Source of the DNA: Selaginella moellendorffii
Taxonomy: Eukaryota > Plantae > Lycopodiophyta
Direction of reading: 5' to 3'
Assembly: GCF_000143415.4 (NCBI RefSeq)
Contig: NW_003314336.1
Span: forward strand, 782,853 to 846,852
DNA length: 64,000 nucleotides
Positions 10,280 through 21,900 of the stretch are shown piece after piece. The position numbers and the translations under genes were made by a program. The notes under the pieces are model-generated. The model saw only the letters and a program-made list of their open reading frames with translations. It made no database searches and was not told the origin of the DNA. Positions within the stretch are counted from its first letter, which is position 1. Every line of letters begins with the position of its first letter.

Positions 10280-12278
10280 CAGATTTCTAACCTTTTCCAG
10301 TGATGGTGATGTGGACAAGTGTCTCGCTTGGCTAGCCAATATAAAGAAGGTCTTGGCTCCTAGGGGAACTCCAGATGTAGAAGCTTTAGTGGCTATTCTA
10401 ATGCTTTTACGTGATGCGGGTCTTTGATGGTGGAATTAACTTGAGGAGTCTCGTGTTGCAGATAAGAAACCACCAATGTCTACCATGGATGAGTTTGAGG
10501 CTGCTTTCCATTTACATTTTGCCCTTCATTACGATATAGAGAATGCTCGAATAGAACTTTAACATTTCCAGCAAGGGAAAATGACACTCAGGGACTATAT
10601 TAAGAAGCTTACTTGCTTGATTAGTCGTGTTCCAACGAAGGATCCAGATCAGAACAAGTCCTATTTCATTGATAGCCTTCATAGTGATAGTATGCGGAAA
10701 CACTTGTGTCATTCTCAGCCTACAAAGAGTTTGGAGGAGCTCTTTGATGTAGCTCGTCGACTTGACAATCACAAGCACAAGTCTTGCAAGCATTCAAGGA
10801 GTCCTTCTGTCGAGAATCATCATGATGATTGCCATGGACATAAGGATGGGAACAAGTATCACAAGTTGAAGTCGGTGGTGACTACTTCGGATACAAAGGG
10901 GTCTAAGAAGCAGAAATTCTTTGTGAAGAATTATAGACAGGGTTTTCATCATTGCAGTGAACTTGGACACTACAAGGCTGATTGTCCACAGTTGAAGAAC
11001 AAGCAGCAGGGCAAGAAGAATGGCCAATCTTCTATTCACAGCAAGTTAGATACTAAAAAGTTGTAAACTTTACAGCATGAGGATGACGAGAATGACCGGA
11101 GGAAGAAACTTTCGATCATTGCTCGTCACCTCAACTGTGTGTGGAACAAGATGGAGCTCAAGGATACTCGTGAATCAGCTTTTATATTGGAGGGCGTGTT
11201 CCATGGCAATCCAGTGCAGAGTTTACTGGATAGTGGGAGTGATGACAACTTTGTTTCGGCAAAGTTTGTTGCGGAGCATGGCCTGGTCACACGAGGAGTT
11301 TTTACATACACGGTGGAAGGTGCAACTACCTCTGCTCAGCATTTTGGTGCTTGTGTCGAGGGGTTGGAAGTGTTGGTTGGCAAAACCATACTTGTGGAGA
11401 CTTTTTATCTCGTGGATATCCATTGTGTGGATCTCATTCTTGGGATGTCATGGTTGGTGAAGGTGGATCCAAAGATAAAGTGGAGTATTAAATATGTCTC
11501 ACTGGAGTACGGTGGTGTTAAAGATATGTGGTTTGGAGAGGGAGTTCAACCACCAGTTGTTATGCTCTCTGCTACATCTTTGAAGCAGGCTTGTCGTAAT
11601 GGAAAAGAACTTTCAAGTTACTTGTTGTTTGTTCGTGACTTGGGGGACCAAAGCACGTGTGGGGGAGAAGTAGTAATATAGGATGTACTTGACAAGTTTT
11701 CTGATATTTTTCCATCTGAACTTCCTCATGGGTTGCCTCCATTACGAGATGTGGAGCATGGGATTACATTGAAGCTGGGAACGTAGCCAATTTGCTGGTG
11801 TCCATTTTAGTTAAGTTATGTGGAGGAACAAGAAGTTCAGTAACAAGTCAAGAAGTTACCTGAGTTTGGATTTATTTAGCCAAGTAAGTCTCCATTTGGT
11901 ACTCCGGTCTTGCTTGTGATAAAGGACAGTTCAATGCAGATATGTATGACTATCATGCCTTGAATAAAAAGACAGTGAAGGATAAAATGTTGATGCCATG
12001 TGTGGATGATATCCTAGACAAGCTTGGTGAAGCACGAGTGTTTACCAAGATTGATCTGAGTGGATATCATCAGATTGCAATGGATGATGCATCTATCTTC
12101 AAGACAGTATTCAACACAAGCTTCAGACATTTTGAGTTTATAGTTATGCTGTTTGGTTTGACGAATGCACCAGCCACATTTATTTGGTTGATGACGGAGG
12201 TATTTGGGTGTTATTATCATGAGTTTGTGGAGATTTTCTTGGATGATATTCTTGTTTTCAACAAGAATATGGAGGAGC
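10280..12278 (+). pseudogene. Degenerate Ty3/gypsy gag-protease-RT, cut by an LTR insertion
   Basis: Gag-like QQGKMTLRDYIKKL, eroded zinc knuckle HCSELGHYKADCP, protease LLDSGS and DLILGMSWL, RT FGLTNAPATF and FLDD. Many stops; truncated at the TG of the LTR at 12279. Confidence 0.9.
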
Positions 12279-12301
12279 TGTGAGACACAAATCCCTAAGC
12301 C

Positions 12302-12698
12302 CCAAGATGGAGTCCAAGATGGAGTTCGAAATGGACCCAAGATAAAGTTCGAGATGGAGTCTGAGATGGACCAGAGATGGAGTCTGAGATGGAGTCCGAG
12401 ATGGACCCGAGATGGAGTCCAGGATGGACCAAGATGGAGTCCGAGATGGACCTAAGATGGAGTCCAAGATGGACCGAGATGGAGTCCAAGATGGACCCAA
12501 GATGGAGTCCGAGATGGACCCGAGATGGAATCCGAGATGGAGTCTGAGAAGGACTTGAGATGGAGTCTGAGAAGGACTTGAGATGGAGTCTGAGGTCGAG
12601 ACTGAAACCAAGACCGAGACCAAGACCGGGACCGGGACTGGGACTGAGACCGAGGCTGAGATCGAGTCCAAGTCTGAGTCCAAGTCCAAGTCCGAGTT
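12302..12698. repeat. LTR-internal tandem array, copy 2
   Basis: Same units and order as 5796-6160. Confidence 0.95.
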
Positions 12699-15600
12699 CA
12701 AGGGTGAAAGCCCAAAGCGTTCGTCTCCCAGACCCTAGGGGGTTTGGTGAGCTCTAAAAGTATAGTATGGGGAGGACTCCAGTGGAGCCAGTTTGGCCAA
12801 GAAAGGCCAGTTTTGCCTAGGAAGGCTGTACCCAAGTATTTGGTGATGGAATAACCACTAGGAAGTCCAAGGCTAGAGTAAATATGGACCGATAAGTAGG
12901 GTATCTTGGTGAAGTGTTCAAGAACTGGCTCTAGTTCCCCCAGGAGATTGAATGGCTGATGCTCCCAATTCAAGTGTGGGTGGCACTACCTACCTGGATA
13001 CCTAGCTGGCTTAACAAAACCTCACTCTAGGCCCATGGCTAGAGCACCCAAAGGCGGAAGGTGGCGAGAGTACCCATAAGGCTCGCATAGGGCCATGGTG
13101 TTTCGAAATGTTGTCCCAAAGTCCTAGACTATGGAAAGGAAGAAGAGTGGTCCTCTGGTGTAATGACCAAGGACATGGTCATATGGTGAGGAAGTCCTAG
13201 AGGATAGTGGGACTTAGTGGTCGGGCCTATAAGCCTTGTCCTAATGGCAGTGTTGGTGAATATGGCCATGGATAGAAAAGGTACTTAGTGGGGATTGTAA
13301 AAGGGATATTTAAGAAGGTTGTTCCCTATGTCTGCAGGCATCTTAAGGATGCTAAGGAGCGGACCTAGGATGGTCACTCATGGATGGATGGCACAATCTT
13401 TGAGAGACAGGATTGCGATATCAGTAGTGTTGGACCATCGGTGTGAGCAAGGTGATGGGCATGGCCTTAGCGTAATGGGCTGGTATATCGGTGGTACCTT
13501 GCGGTGTTGGTCATGGGATCGGACATGTGGAGCATTTGCACCAAGTGTAATGGTTGAGTGGCATGGATGCCATTTTTGGGGCTAGCAAGTCCCTAAGTCC
13601 AGAATAGGATTTATGAAGGTTGTGAATGAGACTCCTCCAAGTGGTCAAAGGTGTGGTTAAGTGATTAAAATAAAATGGAAAATTTAGTCATTTACAATTT
13701 TGTGTCAGAGCTATTCCTTAGTTTGACTTTTATTAATGCTCAAGTATATCACCACTTGTATTGGCATTGGAAGGTTTGAGGAGTGGGTGTATCCTTGAGT
13801 AGTAGGTCGGGAAGACATGGCTCTCCACTATAGTTCATGTGTGAACTTGTAGGTGATATGGTTGATAGAAAAGGGCCAATAATGGAACGACTTTGGGATC
13901 TTGGGAATAGGATAAGGGTTTCCTCAAAGAATTGAGGACATGATCTAGATGAGTATTTGACTTAGCAAATTGGCTAAAGTAGTTGTGGTAAACAACTATA
14001 GTTAGGGTCACGAGGAAGATAGAGACTCCAAAACAATAAAGGAGTCACAAGACTACCCTCATATAGTTGAGGATGGTGCTCATGAATTTGATACCAGAGT
14101 TAATGATTGTGGAAGGTCAAATATAAATAAGGACATAAGCCTTTGAAATGGTAGTGGGGGCTACCTTTAATAAATGCTAGAACAACCCAAAGGATTGGGG
14201 GTGTGTTTAGAGGATAAATTGGTATTCTCATCACATGGACAAATAATCTTAAGGGGCAAAGATAACCTATATGGAACAAAGAATAACCAAGTATCGGAGT
14301 AACACTTGCAAGAATGTTCCTTATAGGTAGGACATGAATACAAGAAGTTATATTCTAACAAGCTAGCACCTCAAAAATGGGACTTTATAGATCGTCAGAT
14401 TAGTGAAGTCCAAAAAGCTAGATGACTCGAGTGGAGTCAAGGAATGGTCTTGGAGGACTAGTGGAAGCATTTGGACTTAGATGTGTTGTACCCCACGAAG
14501 GATGGGGAGGATCATAAGATCCAAGTGTGAGAACAATGGGTTTCTCATTGATGGCAGAATGTGCCATATTAAAGTCGTGGGAAAAACGTTCCCAGAAGAA
14601 AATAACTTTAACACAAAATTTGTGTGAACTCTATGGTACGTACTAATGGATAGTTGGCATAAGAAACAACTATATTAGTCTTGGCAAAGACCTAGACACA
14701 AATAAGAAGTGTTATAAAGGTAGGCTCATGGAGCTAATGGTGTGAAAACACTAAATGTGCCAAGGCGTGATATTTTGAGATCAAGTGAGCAACTTCATAA
14801 GAGCCCCTTCCTAAAGGAATCCTAATGGAAATAGAAATGGCATAGCCTAAACTAGAAGGCATGTGGTTAAAGTGTGATGACCCAAAATAATGATGGAGGT
14901 GTGGAAGCACTAGCAATGAGTTGTAGGACTTGACAACTATGAGGCAATTAAGCAAAAATGTGCAAAATAATTGATTAAACTAGTAGAAGATAACTACTTA
15001 AAACTTTTTATTAAGATAAAGAAGTTAAACATACCCTTATGTGGAATAAATTGTTTATGTTGCGATATAGTAAGTCAATGTCATAAAGGGAATGCTCATT
15101 GCCAAAGAAGGCCATCATTAAGACACCCAAACACTCTAAAACACTAAAAAGTGGTGTTTGGTATCGTGAGGGCATTAGATAATGCTTAAGGGACTAAATC
15201 CCTAGCGAATGATGGATAGGAGGTGCTATCCAAATGTCCAAAGTTGCGGAGATGGAAGAAGTCTATCTACCCGAATTGGACAAAGCCAAAAAAGGATTTT
15301 GGCAAAGCTAGCGATAGACATATAAAGGCCCATATATAATAATATTAATCCCGGTGTATAGGATTACAAGGTGAGCATACCCGAACTAAGGAACCACTCC
15401 CTAGGCTATTTGGTAGGTTCATCCCTAAAAATATTTGCTAAGGCATGGTAAAAAGTGCAAAGCTATCCTCCTAGTGTTGAGGAGAATGACCAAAAGAAAC
15501 ATGTGAAGCCAAAAGTAAGTAGTAAAGGGATAGAACCGAACCATATTAATCGAAGGCCATAACCAAGGGTGGTTATGCAAGTTGGGAGTGGAGAATTAAG

Positions 15601-17401
15601 AGGGTGCTCAAGCATGTTGCTACTAGCAACCGTGATGCTATAGAAGTCTAAAATATGGAATTATCCATATTAGACTATATGGCAATTAGAAAGCTTGCGA
15701 AAGGAGAAGCCTTAACAAGTTAAGGGATAGAGTTCCTTCAATGTTCCAAATTCTAGGTAGTTTAGTACCTAGAAAACTAAGTGTAAATAGTTCATAGAAC
15801 GCGTGAAATCAGAAGGGTGCAGCAGAAGCGTGGTCTTAGAGCTTGCCATGAGGCAACGCTATCAAGGTCAGGGAAGTAATTCCTGAGTATTCAAAGGGAT
15901 GGCTTTGAACAAAAATTGATGGTTAAGGACTTTCACGCTTATGAATAAACCATGTTATGGTGGTCGGATGACTTGCTAAGCTAGATTGGCAAGTCGAAAC
16001 AAATACCCTAGTTGAAGGTGCTAACTTCAAAAGGGGTGGCCCATGGGGCCAAGCATGAAGGAGTCCATGCATGATCACAAATATGTCGAGTAAGAGGACT
16101 TGGCAGTGCAAAGGAACAAAGTTCCTAAGCTGTGATCCATAGCATGTCTTGGATATAAATCTATGCACCGGCGTGGGGAGTCACAATAGGCATCCTGGGT
16201 GATACCATCCATAAATGCATATACGAAGGTTGAGTTCGAGTCCCAACCCTCTAGTGCTTGGGTTCAAGTCCCAAATCACTAAGAGGTGGTGACAGTTTGG
16301 AATATGAGGACACTCATATTTCGGTGGTCATGAACTCTTAATGAAGAGATTGGATTAGGCACACTACCAAATGGGGGATGCCCCAGAGTCGTGATGCATA
16401 GTTATATTGCTTAGAGTGAAAACTTGGTATATTTAACTTGAACACTTTGGTGCAAGTGGCACCAAGGACATAGTGAATGAGATGGGAACACCCAATCTCA
16501 ATTGTTATCGACCCTTGGTTGGAAAGGCTAACTTGGGCACACCACCAAGTGTGGGGGATGCCCCTAGGGTTATAGTTAACAATTTAAAAGGGTCTAGAGG
16601 ACCTAGTACTTATTGGCAAATTTGTTAAGGTGTCAAGATTAGATCACTAAGTGATCTTATGGCTAAACAAGGATGGGGTTCTTGTGAGGTTAAGGAAGAA
16701 GATCCCTAGTTCAAAGTGTTGATTTGAACTGTTGATATTGGTGTGACTTAGTCAAAGTGATCAAGTGGGAAAGACAAAAAAGGGGAAATCAGTGTGTCGA
16801 TGGGATGGTATAATGAGTCCAAAAAAGTAGTATTTAGGAAAAACCCATGAGAAGGTCAAAAAGTTGGGCCATCGATGGAGCCCATAGTAGAAAATACTAA
16901 AGAGACCTACTAAGGGTGAGCACTCTATGGACTTAGCAAAATGGAGCCTTTGCCATAGAACCAAAATAATACCTCAAGAATGGAGGTAGTGATCCTATAT
17001 TGCTTAGTGCAACCATCAAAGGATAGGAGCAAAAGATTAGTGGCCAAATGTGGACCATGGAATTTGTTAAAATGAATCCAAATGGGAATGTTAGATGAGG
17101 AACACTAATGTATCAGATACTAACGAATATTAGGAGAGGGAGTGTGTTTCCAAGGATGGATTCCCAAATGTTCCAATTTGGCAAAGGTGAAATCTTTAGG
17201 GGAGGGAGCGGCAAGGTAGCCAAATGATAGGGTTGTGGATAGCCTTAGCACAACTTATGATAACTGGAACTTGGTGCTAAAGATGGTATGGAATAGAAAA
17301 GAGGATGATAGTACCCTTAAGTAGAGAACTTCCTAGGATGAGGAAGTGGAGCTTGCACTATATGTGCAATGAAAAGTGTCGGAGACACTTAGGAAATTGT
17401 G

Positions 17402-17501
17402 NNNNNNNNNNNNNNNNNNNNNNNNNNNNNNNNNNNNNNNNNNNNNNNNNNNNNNNNNNNNNNNNNNNNNNNNNNNNNNNNNNNNNNNNNNNNNNNNNNN
17501 N
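17402..17501. other. Assembly gap (100 N)
   Basis: Run of N. Confidence 1.
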
Positions 17502-17877
17502 CCGTATATCTCCTTTCTCGCTTAAAAATTCCAAAGTCGAATGGTTATCAATTGATGTTGAGACTACTCGAGAATGGTAGTGGGATTAAGATAGAGAAGG
17601 TGTCTCTAACAGATTTAGCAAGAACTAAATCAATAAGAGGGAGAGAACCACCTTTGGTAGTCTAATAAGCCCTATGTTGGAGAGACTATGCTCCTTAGAG
17701 TATGGACAAGGCATGGTGAGCCTTCGGTGTCAAACCATTAACGAATATTGGCTGGATGCCAAAGATGGAAAGGTAATACATGCTGGTATTACTTTATAAA
17801 ATAGTTTATCGTTTGATGCGGACATCAAACTTCGTATATGGGTGGTGGAGTTGTGAGACACAAATCCCTAAGCCCCA

Positions 17878-18298
17878 ATATGGAGCCTGAGATGGAGTCC
17901 AAGATGGACCCGAGATGGAGTCCGAGATGGACCCGAGATGGAGTTCGAGATGGACCCGAGATGGAGTTTGAGATGGAGTCTGAGATGGAGTCTAAAATGG
18001 ACCCAAGATGGACCGAGATGGAGTCCGAGATGAGTCCCTCGAGATGGAGTCCAAGATGGACCCGAGATGGAGTCTGAGATGGACCCAAGATGGAGTCTGA
18101 GATGGACCGAGATGGAGTCTGAGATGGACCCAAGATGGAATCTGAGATGGAGTCCAAGAAGGACCCGAGATGGAGTCCGAGGTCGAGACCAAGACTGAGA
18201 CCGAGACCGAGACCGAGACCGAGACTAGGACTAGGACCAAGACCGAGATCGGGACTAGGCCGGGACCGGGACTGAGATCAAGGCCAAGACCGAGTCCC
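17878..18298. repeat. LTR-internal tandem array, copy 3
   Basis: Same units as 5796-6160. Confidence 0.95.
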
Positions 18299-18809
18299 AA
18301 AGTCCCAGACTATGGAAAGGAAGAGGAGTGGCCCTCTAGTGTAGTGACCAATGATACGGTCATGTGGGGAGGAAGTCCCAGAGGACAATGGGACTTAGTG
18401 GTCGGGCTTGTAGGCCTTGTCCCAGTGGTAGTGTTGGCAAACACGGCTATGGACAGAAAAGGGACTTGGTGGGGACTATAAAAGGGATATTGGGGAAGGT
18501 TGTTCCCCATGTCTGTGGGCATCTTAAGGATGCTAAGGAGCGGACCTAGGATGGTCACTCATGAATGGATGGCAAAATCTTTGAGAGACAAGACTGCGAT
18601 GCAGGTGGTGTTGGACCACCAGTATGACCAAGGTGAATGAGCATGGCCTTAGTATAACAAGCTAGTATGTTGATGGTACCTTGGGGTGTTAGTTATGGGA
18701 TCGGACACTTAGAGCATTTGGACCAAGTGCTGGGTGTGTTATGTCAGTTGATGTATCTCCAAGTGTGTAGAGGACGATCTACATATTCTAAATGTTTTTC
18801 TTAATAGAA

Positions 18810-19320
18810 TGAGTGTTTTAGATGCTTCTAAGCTCGGCCAAAAGACATTTGTAGACGTGATTGGTGGTGTAATGTGGATTGGACAAACATTTATCCTAAG
18901 GATTCTGGAGCATTCATGAGAAGGAGGATGCTTTCTTTGAGTGATGAATCAGGCCACAGTATAGACATGTGTCTGTGGGATTCAAAGGCTGAAGATGAAG
19001 GTTCAGAAATTGAGGAGGAACCTGGGCGAGGGGAGAGGCCTATTGTATGCGTGAAGGGCAGCCGATTTCAGATTACAATGGCAAATCCATTTCAGTCACA
19101 GGTGGCTCCACCCTTTTAGTTGATCCTGAATTAGAAGATGTCTCATGGCTGTGTGAATGGATGGTTGCTACCTACAACACAACCATATTTGTCCATGTGA
19201 CCAACTCTTCTTCTAAAGCAGTGATTTCTGGTACAAAGACAATATCTGAGATGTTGTTTATCAACCTGAAGGTTTCCAAGTTCTCTGCAATTTTTCGTGT
19301 TATTGTTACTCTCTTATATA
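18810..19320 (+). pseudogene. RPA70/RPA1 OB-fold (DBD-B-like) fragment, frameshifted; probably Helitron-borne
   Basis: FVDVIGGV...LSLSDESGHSIDMCLWD...PIVCVKG / ISDYNGKSISVTGGSTLLVDPELE across shifted frames matches the RPA1 DBD-B pattern. Confidence 0.8.
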
Positions 19321-21293
19321 TAAACTCACCTAAACTAGAAACATCTACAAGATGAAAAATATCTCTTACAAGATCAAAAATATATAAAAAAAATATTGAG
19401 AAGTAAATTAAAAAAAAATAGAGTATAGATTTTTTTAGTTAAAAACCAGATAGTGGAGTATTTGAATCAAGAAACACAGTGCTATTATTTCAAAATATAA
19501 ATAACTAATTATATTATAAACTACTTTAATTTTTCCATTTGGAGAAATCATTGAAGATATAAATATCAAAAACATGTACATAGTTAAAGATATTTAAAAA
19601 ATATCATTAGTTTTTGAGGACTTTTATAAGTAAAATTAATTTTATAAATCACATTTAGCCTACAAAAGAAGACTTCTCTACAATATCCATCTTGAAATTA
19701 GTATAAATCATAGTTGTAAATATAGTTTTATAAATGTATAACTTTATAGATGCTATATTTGTGTTATAAAAATAATATATTTTTATCATTTGAAAACAAT
19801 ATTAAATTTTAATATACTTTCTGTTTATATGTTAATATGATATCTAATTATATGATTTAAATTATTATATTATTTAAAATATAAATATCAAAAATGTCTT
19901 TTTTTAAATTAAAAATGAAGAATTATTGATAATAAAATGCAATCATAACACTTTACTCACAAATGATAAGCTTAATAATACAAGGTTTTTCTCTAAACAA
20001 TATACTAATTAAATAGTTAAATATTTATTATATTTTTAGATGACAGTAAATAATGTATCCTATACAAAATAATATAATATTAATATTTACATAGTAATGT
20101 GTTAGATCCATGTTTATAATTAAAACATTAATACTTTTATAATCTATTTTAATCCGTAATCATGCTCATCTTTATATAATTTCTGAATAGTAACTAGTGT
20201 TAAAACATTTAATATTAATTTATTTTAAACGTGGAATCTATTGTTTTATCATAAAGCATTAGTACCAGTTTGACTTAATACAACCATTATATCTCTAATA
20301 TAATAATTATTTTTGGATGTACCTTTTTTCAAACACCTCTGATGTAGTGTGAATATCTAGATAGATTTACTTATTTACATTTCTTTAATGTAAAATCGGA
20401 CACATTATAAAAATTCTATTATTCTTTAGTAAACTATGAAAGTTAGAGCCATTATTACAGTTTAGATAAAACCATTTGCTCAATATGAAACCAAAATTAT
20501 AATTTCCCCAAACTAACATATTATTTTTTTAGTATATATAACTCTTTGGTTTTGTGAAAATTAAATTTCTTTTCAAGTATGGCAGTAATCTTGTAGATGT
20601 ATTTAGGTTTGTATAACCATTTATAAAGGCAATAAGAAAATTGAAACCAAATTTAATGATGATTAAAAAATATTCTTATGTTCCTGAACACTTGGATTAT
20701 TATCTAATTGCATTATTGTCCATTTCTTTGGAGATGAATAGGAGTAAGATTAAGATAAATTTAACCTTGTATACAATCAAAATTTCTACCATTGTAGAAT
20801 TACGAAAGAAGATCTATTTATCTTCAGTATGCTATATCTCCCAGGAGATATTTCAGCATACTCTTTGATCTATAGAATAAAACCTTTATAGAACAAAGAG
20901 TGTTTGATTGATTCAATAGTACATTAGTAAAATTAAACATAATTGTTTTGTACAAAGATCATATATAGTAGACACAATAGAAAATATACTATAAAGTTAA
21001 AAAGTAAATAAAATTGTGAATATAGAAAATGATATATTTCATAACTTAAAATATAAGAGTTGAATGGCTCCAGCTATTTTATCTTATAAATTAGCTTTAG
21101 TTTTATCAATAATTTTATGATGCTAATCACACACTCATAAATGAATCTAATCACATTGAGTTGTTGGTTAGCTCAGATATAGTCTAGTTCTATAAGAAGA
21201 ATATTATAACATAAAGCATCATTTTCATACTTTCTAATTAAATTTTTCTTTCTTTTAATAGATCATTTTCTAATAAACCCATTACATGTTTTA

Positions 21294-21295
<2 letters not shown>

Positions 21296-21339
<44 letters not shown>
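21296..21339. repeat. (CT)n microsatellite
   Basis: Directly visible. Confidence 0.95.
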
Positions 21340-21343
<4 letters not shown>

Positions 21344-21484
21344 TATGTATTTTTCCACTATTTCAAATGCTCAAAGCTTTGCATATTATAGCAGAAAACA
21401 CATGTAAAAATGGTAATTTCTTGGTTACACAATGTATCTACAATTTTTTAAAGCCTGTTATGGTCAACACCATTTTTTTTTCTT

Positions 21485-21487
<3 letters not shown>

Positions 21488-21522
<35 letters not shown>
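21488..21522. repeat. (TA)n microsatellite
   Basis: Directly visible. Confidence 0.95.
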
Positions 21523-21526
<4 letters not shown>

Positions 21527-21809
21527 TTTGGTGTTTCTGGATATGTAAGTGCTCTGTGAATTTATCTCTTTTTATTTAGTTTAAACCACTCATTAAATTT
21601 TGGATGACTTCTTTTTAAAGCAATTTCTTCTTCACCATTGTTAAATTACTCACTTTGATCTTTTATTTGTATATGAGTTTCCATGTAAATCATAACCATA
21701 TATCCTTCATCTTCCCTCTTCTACAAAAATATAGCAAAAGTTTTACTTGCTTTAATTTCATTCCAATGAAGTCATCCTTCAACTTGACTACTTCCCTCAT
21801 TAGTTTAAA

Positions 21810-21900
21810 CGTGTACCTCAACACAGTCATGACCTGTATATATGTATTTAAACAAATACTTAATACTTTTCACAATGGAACATCCACATTTGCAACTTTC
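21810..21900 (-). mobile_element. Helitron Rep (RepHel) relic
   Basis: Minus strand reads VKSIKYLFKYIYTGHDCVEV, matching the Helitron Rep motif-3 region KYLFKYIYKGHD. Flanks are eroded. Confidence 0.75.

Larger units (their letters stand above)
12279..18730 (+). mobile_element. Family A LTR element: 5' LTR 12279-13696, eroded PBS, about 4.1 kb ORF-less interior, PPT and truncated 3' LTR from 17852
   Basis: The LTR end TTTACA is followed by ATTTTGTGTCAGAGC (degenerate iMet PBS). A hairpin and GGGTGGTGGAGT precede TG at 17852. An N-gap lies inside, so the pairing of the two LTRs is unproven. Confidence 0.75.
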
